DNA from: a virus | Length of the DNA: 64,000 bases | Direction: 5' to 3' (one strand) | IMG/VR virus record: IMGVR_UViG_3300020477_000014 | Coordinates: 125,713 to 189,712 of that record | Position numbers and translations under genes: made by a program | The notes under the pieces: model-generated | What the model saw: only the letters and a program-made list of their open reading frames with translations | What the model was told of the DNA's origin: nothing | The model's database searches: none | Shown: piece after piece, positions 1 through 10,400 of the stretch | Position numbering within the stretch: position 1 is the stretch's first letter | Layout of the letters: every line of letters starts with the position of its first letter

Positions 1-1410
1 ACAACCAACGTCGTAGCTGGCTCCGGACACCATTCGGCGTCTTTGATGGCATTTCCCTCTAGTTCTTATAGACAGAACGCCTCCGATGGTGGACTGTCAG
101 ATCCCACAAATGCTTATTGGGGATTTAGTACTACACGGACTGTCGACTCGAGTCGAAGTGATCATAGTGTTATGGATTTGGGGAACCTGCTTAAAAGCGA
201 CTTTAAGGATGATTGGTCGACCTATGATGCCGCGACTGACGGAATCGACCCATGGGACTTGATTTTCACCTTACAAGATCTTTCGGCTTCGGGAGGTGTT
301 TCGGGAACAGGGACATATCATTGGGTTAGCGGCTCTCGACGAAATGAGCTAGCTGTCCCCTTGAACAAGACTTTGGAAAACGGATATGGACAATTTACTG
401 CTCCCTTCTTCGGAGGGTTTGATGGATTTAATAATCGAGTACCCGATCCTCTTTATAATATGGGGATGAAAAATGCTACCGAAACCAACAACTCTGCTTA
501 TTACACATGGAAGCGCGCAATTGACACCATAGCGGATCCTGAATATATTAATATGAACTTGTTGGCCGCGCCAGGATTAACTAAAAATAGACTAACGAGA
601 CATATGATTAATGTATGTGAAGATCGCGCCGATGCCATGGCATTGGTTGATTTGGGAGATGTTTACAAGCCTCCACACGAAGAGTACTTCTCAAACAAGT
701 CACAGCGTGTAGGTGCTGGACCCACACAAGTGGCCAAGAGCCTCAAAAATCGCGCGATTGATTCCAGTTATGGATGTACGTTCTATCCATGGGTTCAGAC
801 TAGAGATGAGTCTTCCGGACAGTTAGTGTGGATCCCGCCCTCTGTGGCGATGATGGGGGTTCTTGCAAGCTCTCAAGCTAAATCGGACGTTTGGTTTGCC
901 CCTGCTGGGTTTAATCGCGGCGGATTAACTGATGGTGCGGCTGGAATTCCAATTATCAATGTGACTGAAAGGGTGGTATCTAAAGATCGAGACACACTAT
1001 ATGAAGCACGGATTAATCCAATTGCTTCTTTCCCCTCTACAGGGCTTGTAGTTTTCGGTCAAAAAACACTCCAGGAACGACAATCTGCGCTTGACAGAAT
1101 TAATGTTCGACGACTTGTTATTTATCTTAAGAAGCAGATTTCTATCTTAGCATCACAAGTATTGTTTGAGCAGAATGTTCAAGCTACATGGAATCGTTTC
1201 CGTGCTTTGGTTGAGCCTTTCTTGGCGAATGTAAAAGTTCAGTTTGGTATTACGGACTACAAGTTGATTCTTGATGAATCAACCACTACTCCTGACCTTA
1301 TTGACCAAAACATTATGTATGCCAAGATTATGGTTAAGCCTGCGCGCGCAATCGAGTATATTGCAATCGACTTCGTAGTTACCTCTACTGGTGCTTCGTT
1401 TGACGATTGA
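1..1410 (+). CDS. Contractile tail sheath protein (gp18-like), 5'-truncated by the window edge
   Basis: Frame is open from base 1. Sheath C-terminal motifs VWFAPAGFNRG, RINPI, FGQKTL, LDRINVRRL, FEQN, EYIAIDF. Confidence 0.95.
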   Translation, partial: TTNVVAGSGHHSASLMAFPSSSYRQNASDGGLSDPTNAYWGFSTTRTVDSSRSDHSVMDLGNLLKSDFKDDWSTYDAATDGIDPWDLIFTLQDLSASGGVSGTGTYHWVSGSRRNELAVPLNKTLENGYGQFTAPFFGGFDGFNNRVPDPLYNMGMKNATETNNSAYYTWKRAIDTIADPEYINMNLLAAPGLTKNRLTRHMINVCEDRADAMALVDLGDVYKPPHEEYFSNKSQRVGAGPTQVAKSLKNRAIDSSYGCTFYPWVQTRDESSGQLVWIPPSVAMMGVLASSQAKSDVWFAPAGFNRGGLTDGAAGIPIINVTERVVSKDRDTLYEARINPIASFPSTGLVVFGQKTLQERQSALDRINVRRLVIYLKKQISILASQVLFEQNVQATWNRFRALVEPFLANVKVQFGITDYKLILDESTTTPDLIDQNIMYAKIMVKPARAIEYIAIDFVVTSTGASFDD

Positions 1411-1417
1411 TAAGGAA

Positions 1418-1436
1418 AGGGGGCGAAAAACCCCCT
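1418..1436 (+). terminator. GC hairpin between sheath and tube genes (terminator or processing stem)
   Basis: AGGGGG-CGAAAAA-CCCCCT, with no clear U-tract. Confidence 0.4.
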
Positions 1437-1441
1437 ATCAC

Positions 1442-1449
1442 ACTATTTA
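1442..1449 (+). promoter_or_regulatory. Putative late promoter motif ACTATTTA
   Basis: The same motif lies upstream of several structural-type genes that lack sigma70 boxes. Confidence 0.55.
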
Positions 1450-1479
1450 AAAATAGAACTTAAAAGGAGTTACAAGACA

Positions 1480-2073
1480 ATGGCATTCTGGTCAGAAAAT
1501 TTCGGTCAAAATAGTACTTTGAAGGATCCGAAAAGAAAATTTAGATTTACTGTTGAATTTCAAGGAATTCAATCGGCACAAGGGGGTGCTACTTTGTGGT
1601 ATGCCAAAACAGTCACAAAGCCCGGATTTACTATCAATACGGCAGAGCACAAATTTTTGAATCATACGTTCTTTTACCCAGGATCTGTTTCTTGGCAAGA
1701 GATTAGTTTAACGTTGGTGGACCCAGTTCAGCCTGATATGACCGCAACTCTATCCGATATCGTGGTAGCTAGTGGTTATACGCCGCCCACTGATTCTACA
1801 ACAGCTTCTTTGACTAGTATTTCTAAAGCCAAAGCAGCCACATCGTTGGGGACCGTGTATATTCAGCAGATAGATTCTAATGGTAATCCCATTGAAACAT
1901 GGACTCTGTGGAACTCCTTTATTCAAGATCTTAAATTTGGAGACTTGGCATACGGAGACGACGAATTGAATGAACTTTCTCTGGTCCTTAAGTATGACTG
2001 GGCTCGAGTCGAAACAACCAATCCTTCAGTCGCCGTCAATGGTACACAGGGCACTGAATTTTTCAACGTATAA
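1480..2073 (+). CDS. Tail tube protein (gp19-like)
   Basis: Follows sheath. Motifs DPKRKFRF, W.EISLTLVDP, WTLWNSFI, FGDLAY, LVLKYDWA. Confidence 0.9.
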   Translation: MAFWSENFGQNSTLKDPKRKFRFTVEFQGIQSAQGGATLWYAKTVTKPGFTINTAEHKFLNHTFFYPGSVSWQEISLTLVDPVQPDMTATLSDIVVASGYTPPTDSTTASLTSISKAKAATSLGTVYIQQIDSNGNPIETWTLWNSFIQDLKFGDLAYGDDELNELSLVLKYDWARVETTNPSVAVNGTQGTEFFNV

Positions 2074-2098
2074 AATATAGACAAAAGAGAGGTGTTAT

Positions 2099-2965
2099 TT
2101 GTCACGTAATAAAGATAGGCTTGGTGGTGGGTTTTCCCATCCACACAATGCCCCAACTCCGCCCCAGCAGGTGAACTCTCCTGGCACAAGTGGTGGTTTT
2201 TCATTTGTGGTGCCTACAGAATTTGTAGAACTTCCTTCAAAGGGGAAGTTTTATTCCCCTGATCACCCCCTGTACAACCAGGAGACCGTCGAGGTTAAGC
2301 AAATGACAGCAAAGGAAGAGGATATGCTAACGTCTCGTTCTCTGTTAAAAAAGGGTGTTGCATTAGATCGAGTTCTCCAAAGTGTGATAGTGGATAAAAA
2401 CATTAACCCCGACACGCTGCTAATTGGAGATCGGAATGCGCTCATTGTGGCGATGCGAGTTTCTGGATATGGAAGCGACTACAATACGAGCGTAACTTGT
2501 CCCGCTTGTTCGGATGCCCAAAAATATGATTTTAACTTAAACGACATTACCATCTTTCACGGGGAAGATGAAATTGAAACTGGCGTGGTGCCGCTAGAAA
2601 ATGGAATGTTTGGCACAGTATTGCCACAAAGCGAGCTTCATGTGGTTTTTCGATTGTTGAATGGTCATGACGAAAAGCGGATGAGTAAGCGTGTGGAAAA
2701 TGCTCGCAAACGCAACCAACAAGAAAAGCTTGTAACATCTCAATTGCGTAATATTTTAGTTTCTGTAAATGGAGATGCATCTTCTGAGGCGCTCCAATAT
2801 GTTATCGAAAACATGCCAAGTGGAGATGCGCGGCATTTGCGCCTAATGTATAAGCTTAGCGCACCAAACCTAGATATGACTCAGCACTTCAATTGCTCAT
2901 CTTGTGGACACGAACAGGAATTGGAGGTTCCGCTGACTGCGGACTTTTTTTGGCCTGACCGATGA
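2099..2965 (+). CDS. T4 gp26-like baseplate hub / tail assembly chaperone (G form)
   Basis: VELPSKG, MTAKEEDML, LLIGDRNAL, two CxxC motifs and C-terminal DFF; lies between tube and tape measure genes. Confidence 0.8.
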   Translation: MSRNKDRLGGGFSHPHNAPTPPQQVNSPGTSGGFSFVVPTEFVELPSKGKFYSPDHPLYNQETVEVKQMTAKEEDMLTSRSLLKKGVALDRVLQSVIVDKNINPDTLLIGDRNALIVAMRVSGYGSDYNTSVTCPACSDAQKYDFNLNDITIFHGEDEIETGVVPLENGMFGTVLPQSELHVVFRLLNGHDEKRMSKRVENARKRNQQEKLVTSQLRNILVSVNGDASSEALQYVIENMPSGDARHLRLMYKLSAPNLDMTQHFNCSSCGHEQELEVPLTADFFWPDR

Positions 2966-3197
2966 GTATACAGAAAATGTATACGAGCAATTTTTCTTCT
3001 TAAAATATTCAGGTGGCTGGTCGTTTTCGGAAGCCTATAATTTACCTATTGGGCTCCGCAAATGGTTTGTAGATAGGCTAATTAAGCAACTAGAATCTGA
3101 ACAAGAGATGGTTAAATCTGCCTCACGCGGCGGAAGTGGTCGGCGCCAAACTTTATCAGCGGTGAATCAACCTCCCACTCCACCTCAATACAAGTAA
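2946..3197 (+). CDS. Tail chaperone T-segment, probably reached by +1/-2 frameshift from the upstream gene (not in the ORF track)
   Basis: Open frame FFGLTDEYTENVYEQFFFLKYSGGWSFSEAYNLPIGLRKWFVDRL... has no ATG/GTG/TTG before 3108 and overlaps the T7 run at 2945-2951. Confidence 0.7.
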   Translation, partial: FFGLTDEYTENVYEQFFFLKYSGGWSFSEAYNLPIGLRKWFVDRLIKQLESEQEMVKSASRGGSGRRQTLSAVNQPPTPPQYK

Positions 3198-3203
3198 CAG
3201 ATG

Positions 3204-3224
3204 GGCGGTTTTACCGCCTTTTTT
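3204..3224 (+). terminator. Rho-independent terminator
   Basis: GGCGGT-TTT-ACCGCC followed by TTTTTT. Confidence 0.75.
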
Positions 3225-3240
3225 GCTATTTAACTATTTA
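3225..3240 (+). promoter_or_regulatory. Tandem putative late promoter motifs (GCTATTTA, ACTATTTA)
   Basis: Directly upstream of the tape measure RBS AGGAGG. Confidence 0.55.
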
Positions 3241-3263
3241 TTTGCAAGGAGGGCAATTCACCC

Positions 3264-5912
3264 ATGGCAGACGATCCCGCAGCGCTCGGTAAAGCAGCCC
3301 AGGCATACCGCGCCCAAGCAGAAGCATTAAAGAGCCTAAATGATGCTTTAAAGGAAAACCAACAGGCACTGCAAGATCTTCTTGACCAGAAAAAGCTTAG
3401 CGCTGGATCTGTTACTGATGCCGAGGAAATTAATGCGCGAAAACTGGTTGAGTCGAAAAGAGAACAAATAAGACTACAGAAAGAGTTGTTAGACTCTCAG
3501 GAACTAAAAGCTTCCAGAGACGCGAATCAATTAATATTGGAACAGGACAAGATTGACAAACTTAATTCTCAAGCTGAAGCTGCTAACAACATGTACACCA
3601 AGAGAGCTATTCAGCAGGCAGCAGATCGCGCCGCAGACGAGAGAAAAGAAAAAAGCATTCAATGGCAGATAGATAATGAACAAGAACTCACTGAAGAGGA
3701 AAAAAAGAAATTAGACATAGCTTTAAAGAATCAACAGATAGACCAAAAGAGGCCACAATATCTTCGTGAAGCTAAAGAACTTAGCAGTGGTATTGCACAA
3801 GTTTTTCAGTCATATGCTTCTCATCCGTTTTTTAATGTAGACAATATGCTTAAAATTACTGGCGCACTGCGGCAGCCTGGGCAACTCTTTAAGAGTCTTG
3901 GGACCGGCATAATTACTGGACTCCTTAATTCAGTAATCGGCTTGGTATTCGAGATAAATAAGTCTGAGGCTGCTTTTTTCAAAGCAACACGCGCTTCTAA
4001 GAGTTTTCAAGTATCTATGACAGAGGTATACAAGGTGGCGCGCCAAAACGTTGTCTCTCTTAAGGATTTCTATAAAGCAACTACAGATTTGGTATCCACT
4101 TTTACTGATTTTACTCAAATTTCAACGCGAGCAGCACAATCTCTAGCTCTCACTACCTCCACTATGGTTCAATTGGGGCACAGTTCTCAAACCTTGGCGA
4201 AAGATCTGCAAATTCTGTCTGTGGGATTTGGTATGATACCACAGGAAGCCGAAAAAACTTTGCGCGAGTTAGATGCTTTTGCAACAGACATAGGGGTTCC
4301 GCCCAGCCAACTTACTGAGCAATTTGCTACTATGGGAGACGGCTTGACGAAGTTGGGTAAAGATGGGGTGAGTGCTTTTAAGGAATTGGCGCGAGTATCG
4401 AAGATCACTGGTTTCGAAATGGGAAAAATCCTCCGTATGACTGATCGCTTTGACACTTTCGAAGGTGCCGCAACCGCGGCTGGTAAACTGAATGCTGCTT
4501 TGGGTAGCAATTTTGTTAATGCCATGGACCTAATGGTTGAAACTGATCCTGTAAAAAGATTTGAAATGATGAGAGGATCATTGCTTGATGCAGGGCTCGA
4601 GTTTGACAATATGTCCTATTATCAACGAAAGTTTATCGCTGAATCACTAGGTTTAGAAAGCGTGAGTGATTTAGCTGCCATGATGCGGGGCGATTTAGAG
4701 TCTCTAGATGCAGAAATCGGCAAAACATCTGCTGATTATGCCGAGATGGCAAAAAACGCACGTCTCTCTGCTAATTTCCAGGAAAGGCTAAACGCCATTA
4801 TGCAAGGAATGATACCAATCTTGCGACCTCTTATCGAGGGCATTGAAATGCTTTTGTATAATTTTGAAGAGGGAACGAAATCACAAAGTGATTTCTCAGA
4901 CGAAGCCCGGGCTCTTCAGCCGACTCTTAATAGTTTAGCCGGCGCCTTTAAGTTTTTTATTCAAGTTGCCAAAATTGCTATTGATTATTGGCCATGGATA
5001 GTGGGCACTATGATCGCCATGAAAGCTGCCTCGCTTGGCGCCGCCTTTGGGCTGTGGTCCGTGAGTCCGGCTGTGGGAGGTATTACCGTTTCAATTGGTA
5101 AATTGGGAGCAGCCTTAACTACTTTGGGCGGCGCGGTTCTTGCTTCGGGAGGCACATTGCTGATCGGTCTCGGCGTTGTTGTTACTCTGTTGGGATCATT
5201 GGGGTATTTAGCTTCTTCTGTGGGAGAGGCGTTTCAGGGAATGGCGGCTCTTTTTAGTTCTTTTGATGGCGCCGGGTTGAGAGATCTTTCGTCAGCCGTG
5301 GGAGATGTTTCCAGTTTGGATTATACAACGGCTGCCGGGAATCTAACATTACTATCGGGCGCCATGGAAGATGTGTCGGCAGCCATGATTGACTTAGGGG
5401 TGGGTGCTGGTGTCGGAGATATCTCCACATTGATATCGGACGCGTCTAATATGGACACCTCGCGATTTACTATTTTTGTAAATGAAATGGTGCGCCTAAA
5501 AGACACTCTTAATGAATTGCCTGGCTTCGTGCACGATGACCCGACGGGCCTAGCCGCTAGCGCAGCCATTACAGCCCCTATTGCTGCTAGAGCTTCGGCA
5601 ACCTTGTCTACAACACCGTTGCCGCACGGAACAGAGGCTCGAACAGATATTCAAAGAGCACTACAGACTCCCGCAGTGGCGGCGACGGTAGTATCTCTTT
5701 TGCATGCTCAGACTAAAATTCCAACTTCTGGAACTGACAAACCTCAAGAGATTGTTGTTAATGCTCACCTCCCCGTTCTCTTGGACGGTCAACAAATTGG
5801 CGCCGCGGCTCATACCTTTAGGCAGACCGTGCAACAACAAAGCAACACAGCGTTCGCGCTCGGCGGCGCCCCGCCGCCAGTGATGGTGATGCCAAAAGGA
5901 AAAAATAACTAA
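3264..5912 (+). CDS. Tape measure protein
   Basis: 882 aa, Ala/Gly/Leu-rich helical with a coiled-coil N-terminus and hydrophobic segments; canonical position after the chaperone. Confidence 0.85.
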   Translation: MADDPAALGKAAQAYRAQAEALKSLNDALKENQQALQDLLDQKKLSAGSVTDAEEINARKLVESKREQIRLQKELLDSQELKASRDANQLILEQDKIDKLNSQAEAANNMYTKRAIQQAADRAADERKEKSIQWQIDNEQELTEEEKKKLDIALKNQQIDQKRPQYLREAKELSSGIAQVFQSYASHPFFNVDNMLKITGALRQPGQLFKSLGTGIITGLLNSVIGLVFEINKSEAAFFKATRASKSFQVSMTEVYKVARQNVVSLKDFYKATTDLVSTFTDFTQISTRAAQSLALTTSTMVQLGHSSQTLAKDLQILSVGFGMIPQEAEKTLRELDAFATDIGVPPSQLTEQFATMGDGLTKLGKDGVSAFKELARVSKITGFEMGKILRMTDRFDTFEGAATAAGKLNAALGSNFVNAMDLMVETDPVKRFEMMRGSLLDAGLEFDNMSYYQRKFIAESLGLESVSDLAAMMRGDLESLDAEIGKTSADYAEMAKNARLSANFQERLNAIMQGMIPILRPLIEGIEMLLYNFEEGTKSQSDFSDEARALQPTLNSLAGAFKFFIQVAKIAIDYWPWIVGTMIAMKAASLGAAFGLWSVSPAVGGITVSIGKLGAALTTLGGAVLASGGTLLIGLGVVVTLLGSLGYLASSVGEAFQGMAALFSSFDGAGLRDLSSAVGDVSSLDYTTAAGNLTLLSGAMEDVSAAMIDLGVGAGVGDISTLISDASNMDTSRFTIFVNEMVRLKDTLNELPGFVHDDPTGLAASAAITAPIAARASATLSTTPLPHGTEARTDIQRALQTPAVAATVVSLLHAQTKIPTSGTDKPQEIVVNAHLPVLLDGQQIGAAAHTFRQTVQQQSNTAFALGGAPPPVMVMPKGKNN

Positions 5913-7099
5913 TGTCGACTCCAAAATTTAATTCATCTCGGTACTCTCCACAGCGCGCAACAACAGTGGCTAAATCTCGCAAGAGCAAGAGAGTAGTCGC
6001 CGATTATGATGGAAGGTTAAAAGATGTAGACAAGGGGCTGCCATTTTATGCAGATGGTTCTGATGCGTACGCCAATAGCGAATTTACGGTTGACATAGAA
6101 CATGTTCCCAGCAATAGAAAGGTGTCGTTTAAAGCATTTATTAATGGCTTTAATGAAAACTATAATTGCGAATGGGCTAGCGAGACGGTTTTCGGGCGCC
6201 CCGATGCTATTCACATGTATAAGACCACCCAAAGATCTATTAACATGTCATTGTTGATCCCGGCGTCCACAGAAGGAGAGGCATTTGAGAACCTAGGAAG
6301 AGTTCAACAATTGGTTCAGTTTCTATATCCAGTATATACGGAGGCAAATCATGCCCAGACGATCTCTCAATCTCCCTTGTTGCGTCTTCATATTATGAAC
6401 CTAATTGCAGATCGTTCTATGGTAGGAGATGTGCGAAGAGTGGAGATGTGGCAAGGTGGTGGAGATTATAATCGCAGCACAGCACTTGGAACACTGCCGA
6501 ATATGCGTTCGGAAGGAGCGACAAAATTTTATACTGGCACCTTGGGGGTTATTCAAAATTTAAACATTAATCAAAATTTGGATAATCCGGATGCCGGAGT
6601 ATTTGAAATTAATCGAGGTATTATTTTACCCAAATTAATAGAAATAAACTTTGAATTTGCTGTGATTCACGAGCACCCATTGGGTTGGACCCCTGATCAG
6701 GAATTTTCTGAATCTTTTTTCCCATATGGTGTTGATGCTGTGAATAGCTATAAATATACCAAAGAAAACCGCATGAAACGTGGTGCTGGTACCGCAGCAA
6801 TTCCAGGTACTCAAGCCTACAAAGATCGAGTAGAGGCGACAGCTTCGCCTCCCTCTGAAGCCTCTCAAGATGCATCTAAGGCACGTCTTCTTAAGAGAAT
6901 GGTAAATTCCTTTTCGTCACATCGAGATGCCGCCCGGGCGGAGCGCAGTGGTCGCCAAGCTAAACGTGAAGCCCGTCGACTCAGCAAAGATTATGCGGAG
7001 GTTAACGAAACAGGTCACCAAGCCGCCGATGATAGTCATTCCTCTGTTCATACGAATTTGTTGGCGCAGATAGATGCCTCGGGCGAATATGACACATAG
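5912..7099 (+). CDS. Baseplate / tail tube initiator-like protein (gp48/gp54-like)
   Basis: Follows TMP; W..ETVFGRPDAIHMYK.T.RSI motif typical of tube-fold baseplate proteins. Confidence 0.6.
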   Translation: MSTPKFNSSRYSPQRATTVAKSRKSKRVVADYDGRLKDVDKGLPFYADGSDAYANSEFTVDIEHVPSNRKVSFKAFINGFNENYNCEWASETVFGRPDAIHMYKTTQRSINMSLLIPASTEGEAFENLGRVQQLVQFLYPVYTEANHAQTISQSPLLRLHIMNLIADRSMVGDVRRVEMWQGGGDYNRSTALGTLPNMRSEGATKFYTGTLGVIQNLNINQNLDNPDAGVFEINRGIILPKLIEINFEFAVIHEHPLGWTPDQEFSESFFPYGVDAVNSYKYTKENRMKRGAGTAAIPGTQAYKDRVEATASPPSEASQDASKARLLKRMVNSFSSHRDAARAERSGRQAKREARRLSKDYAEVNETGHQAADDSHSSVHTNLLAQIDASGEYDT

Positions 7100-7111
7100 G
7101 GAATATAGATA

Positions 7112-7453
7112 ATGCCAAGATATAAATACACAACCAAGTTTAATAACAATATAGAATTTTATGAGTTCTTAAGAAAAAAACGCAGAAATGTAAAGAATAT
7201 TGTGCAGTATGAAACTCCCATTATGCACAATCCCTCACTATTACAACGAATGAATTTGACTACCGATACGCATATTTGGGCATATGGCGATCGCTTTTAT
7301 AATTTGGCGAATGTATATTATGGGAATGTAAAATATTGGTGGGTGATAGCATGGTATAATGGATATCCCACTGAAGCTAGTGTATACCCCGGAGACGTAA
7401 TTGAAATTCCGATAGAGTTGGAAGAGGCGCTGGACGCACTGGAGGCATATTAA
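7112..7453 (+). CDS. LysM-like baseplate wedge protein (gp53/gpX-like)
   Basis: GDRFYNLANVYYGNVKYWWVIAWYN...GDVIEIP. Confidence 0.8.
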   Translation: MPRYKYTTKFNNNIEFYEFLRKKRRNVKNIVQYETPIMHNPSLLQRMNLTTDTHIWAYGDRFYNLANVYYGNVKYWWVIAWYNGYPTEASVYPGDVIEIPIELEEALDALEAY

Positions 7454-10400
7454 TGACCACTCTCGGGGCTTTATTGGCGGCAATGGGCATTGCTGAGCAT
7501 ACGCAGAATACTGCGGCTAGCAAGATTAAGGCGGCATGCGAAAAAGATTTGGCGGCAAGCAAAGCCGATTGTCTGAAAAAATGCCAGACTGATCATACAG
7601 GAGATTTTCGCGAGAGATGCAAAGAGATCTGCGCGGACACCTACAGCCAACAGTTGACTAAGTGTATTACGGAGGCTGGCGATCAGGCGTCGGGAATTTC
7701 TGCGGCTCGAGAATCTTTGGTGCCGCACTTAGAAGAGGCTTACAAAACCACTCAAGAGTGTGCCTCTTCATTGTCTGCAAACCAAACACAACTACAAAAC
7801 ACCCTGACACAAGTTTATGCTAGCAATAAAGAGATGTTTGGAGCTAGCTTACAAGCCAGCGCAGAGTCGTTTGGCGGGGGAACCTCTGTGGACCCTCAAT
7901 TGGTGACAAAGGGAGCCACCATTTCTAATTTTCAAAGCTCGATGGGTACATGGCCAGCAACGGCTACTGTTCTTCAAGATGCTGCGTGTGCTTCTATTCT
8001 ACATCGTATAATTGCGTCAGAAAGAGGAAGTCTCGTGCTTCCGGATTTTCCCGCCCTTACTGATGATGAGCAAAATTTTCAATTATCTCAAGAATTTGGA
8101 GGGGGCGGAGCATCTTTAACCACCTTTGGGGATACGATGACGAACATGTACCCTGTGGGATGGGCATCCTTGTTTGCTGTTATTTTGGCTCAATGTGAGC
8201 TTATCGTGAGCGAGAAGCTTTTTATACCGCCCGGCGCCGGCGGTGCTTTGACGAGCGAAGAGGAAAACTCTGGCGCTGTTTTTGCAGCTATTAACTCCGC
8301 TAATCACGCCGCTACAGAAGGGTCCGAAGGTTCCGCAACAATTCAGGATGTGTTTAATACCGGTGGATCGACTTTTTTTGCGGGAAACAATAAGGATTTG
8401 TCCCCTCTTGTGTTGTTGCGGCATTTAACTGCGGCGGGAAAAATATTAAAATCTATTAATGAGACTTCTACAGTATATTTAGATGATGTCGAGCCGCGAC
8501 AGCATACGGTTGGCAATTATTTATTGAGTTCTCCTGTTACCGATTTGTTGAACATCTTAGGTAAAATTAAAAAAGATTCAGATTGCATTAAAAATGCTCA
8601 TGATAAATTTGTGAAGGCAGCAGAAAAAGAACAACAAACAATTAAGGATAATTATAAAGGCACTACATGGAATCCTTTAAATAGTCCGCCTCCTAATGTT
8701 TTGGATGCACTCGATCAAATGGAGCAAGATCCCGAAGAGTTTCTTGCTGAAGGTGGACAAGAGCTTTTTTTAAGAAAGGCAATCTTCAAGGAGCAGTGTT
8801 GGTTGTTGGCATACGTTGATTTGCTAGCACAATTTAAACAGAAACATTTAGATCCTGGCAAATCTTTGGGTACTGGTCCTCAAGATGGCGTGAAAGAAGG
8901 CACCGCCAACAAGCATTTGCCTTATTCGTCTTTTACTATTAATAAGCGGAAAGATAGAAATGCTAACGCCACCTTGCTTGTAGACGGAGAACCCTATGCT
9001 TTTATGAACCGCCTTGTTTGCAATCCACTTTATTCTAGTTACTATCACGATATTCCCACCTCCGAACTTTCCAATATTCAGCCTAAGATTAGATTATTTA
9101 AAGTTACTTATGATGCTGATAATTCGACGTTAGCTGAAACTGAAATTAATTTTGATTCTCATTTTTCCCCAGCGGCCGCTAGCGCTTTAAGCAACAGCAT
9201 CAAAGAGCGTAAACGCCGCGGTGTCGGCGTGGGAATAAAAAGCTTCACTTTTTCTTATGATGGGGGGAACCCTTTTGCGATTAAGAAAAGTATTGCAGCC
9301 AATCTTAAAATTTTTGCTAATAATATAGAGGAACTCTTTGAATCACGCGGCTCAAAGAGTGAGCCATGGCGGTATGTCGATCTGGCTTTGAAGACGGGAG
9401 GATCCACTCTGACACAGGCTATAGATAATCTTGATCCCGCAGAGGGAGCCGCTCTTGATCAGGAGTGTTTTGATCATGTGAAAGAAAATAGCGATCGTTA
9501 CGCTTTAAATTTTCGCCTTAAGGCGCAAGTGGGACTAACGGCACCCAAAACAGGACCGAGCGGATTGGGGACATACGTAGATGCCTTGCAAGAATCTTAT
9601 GTTACTCTGAATTTGACCCCTACGGTTCACTCTTTCGAGTTAGATGATATGGGAAGGGTGGTGCTGAATATAAACTTTCTGGCTTATATTGATGACATGT
9701 TCGATCAGCCCATATTTAATGTCTTTGCGAATGCCAAATACCAAACCGCCGAAAATCAACAAAAATCGGTGTCTCTGGCGCGCATTGAAAGAGAGATGGA
9801 AATTGAGTCGTTTAAATTAAAGTGTGCCGCCGGCACTCATGAAATAAATGAAAAGCGCAAAGAATATACTCATCAAGTTGGACACGAAACTGCTGCTAGC
9901 CTGTCGTCTTTGATAGGGCATTTGATGGTGCGGGATTTGGTATATTACGTTACTCTAGGCGCAGACGAAATGAATCTGTTTACTCAAGACGGACCAACAG
10001 AGGCTTTCAAAACGTTGCGGTCAGAATTGTCGGCGCAGATAAATGGGAAACCTACACCCGAAAAAGATATTTGTGCGGAAGGGGGAGACAAAGATTCTGC
10101 ACCCGAATTACTAGGAATTGTTAGTAACGGGAGCCAGCGGTTTTCTAATATGGATGGTCGGGTCGGAGCCGCAATGCAAGAATATGCACAAGCCTACGGT
10201 GAAGGAGAAACCAGTGGCGCAATTCTACAGGCACTTATTTCTGGAGGGGATCCCAATCAACACACTCTTTCGTTCTTTTTTGTAAGCGACTTAATAGATG
10301 TGATTTTAGAAAACATTGAAGCAGAACTAGCTTCTTTGCCGGGCGCCCTGGAAACGTTGAAGTCGTCGTCGCACGTTAAGGCTTCTCAGGTTAGCTCCCG

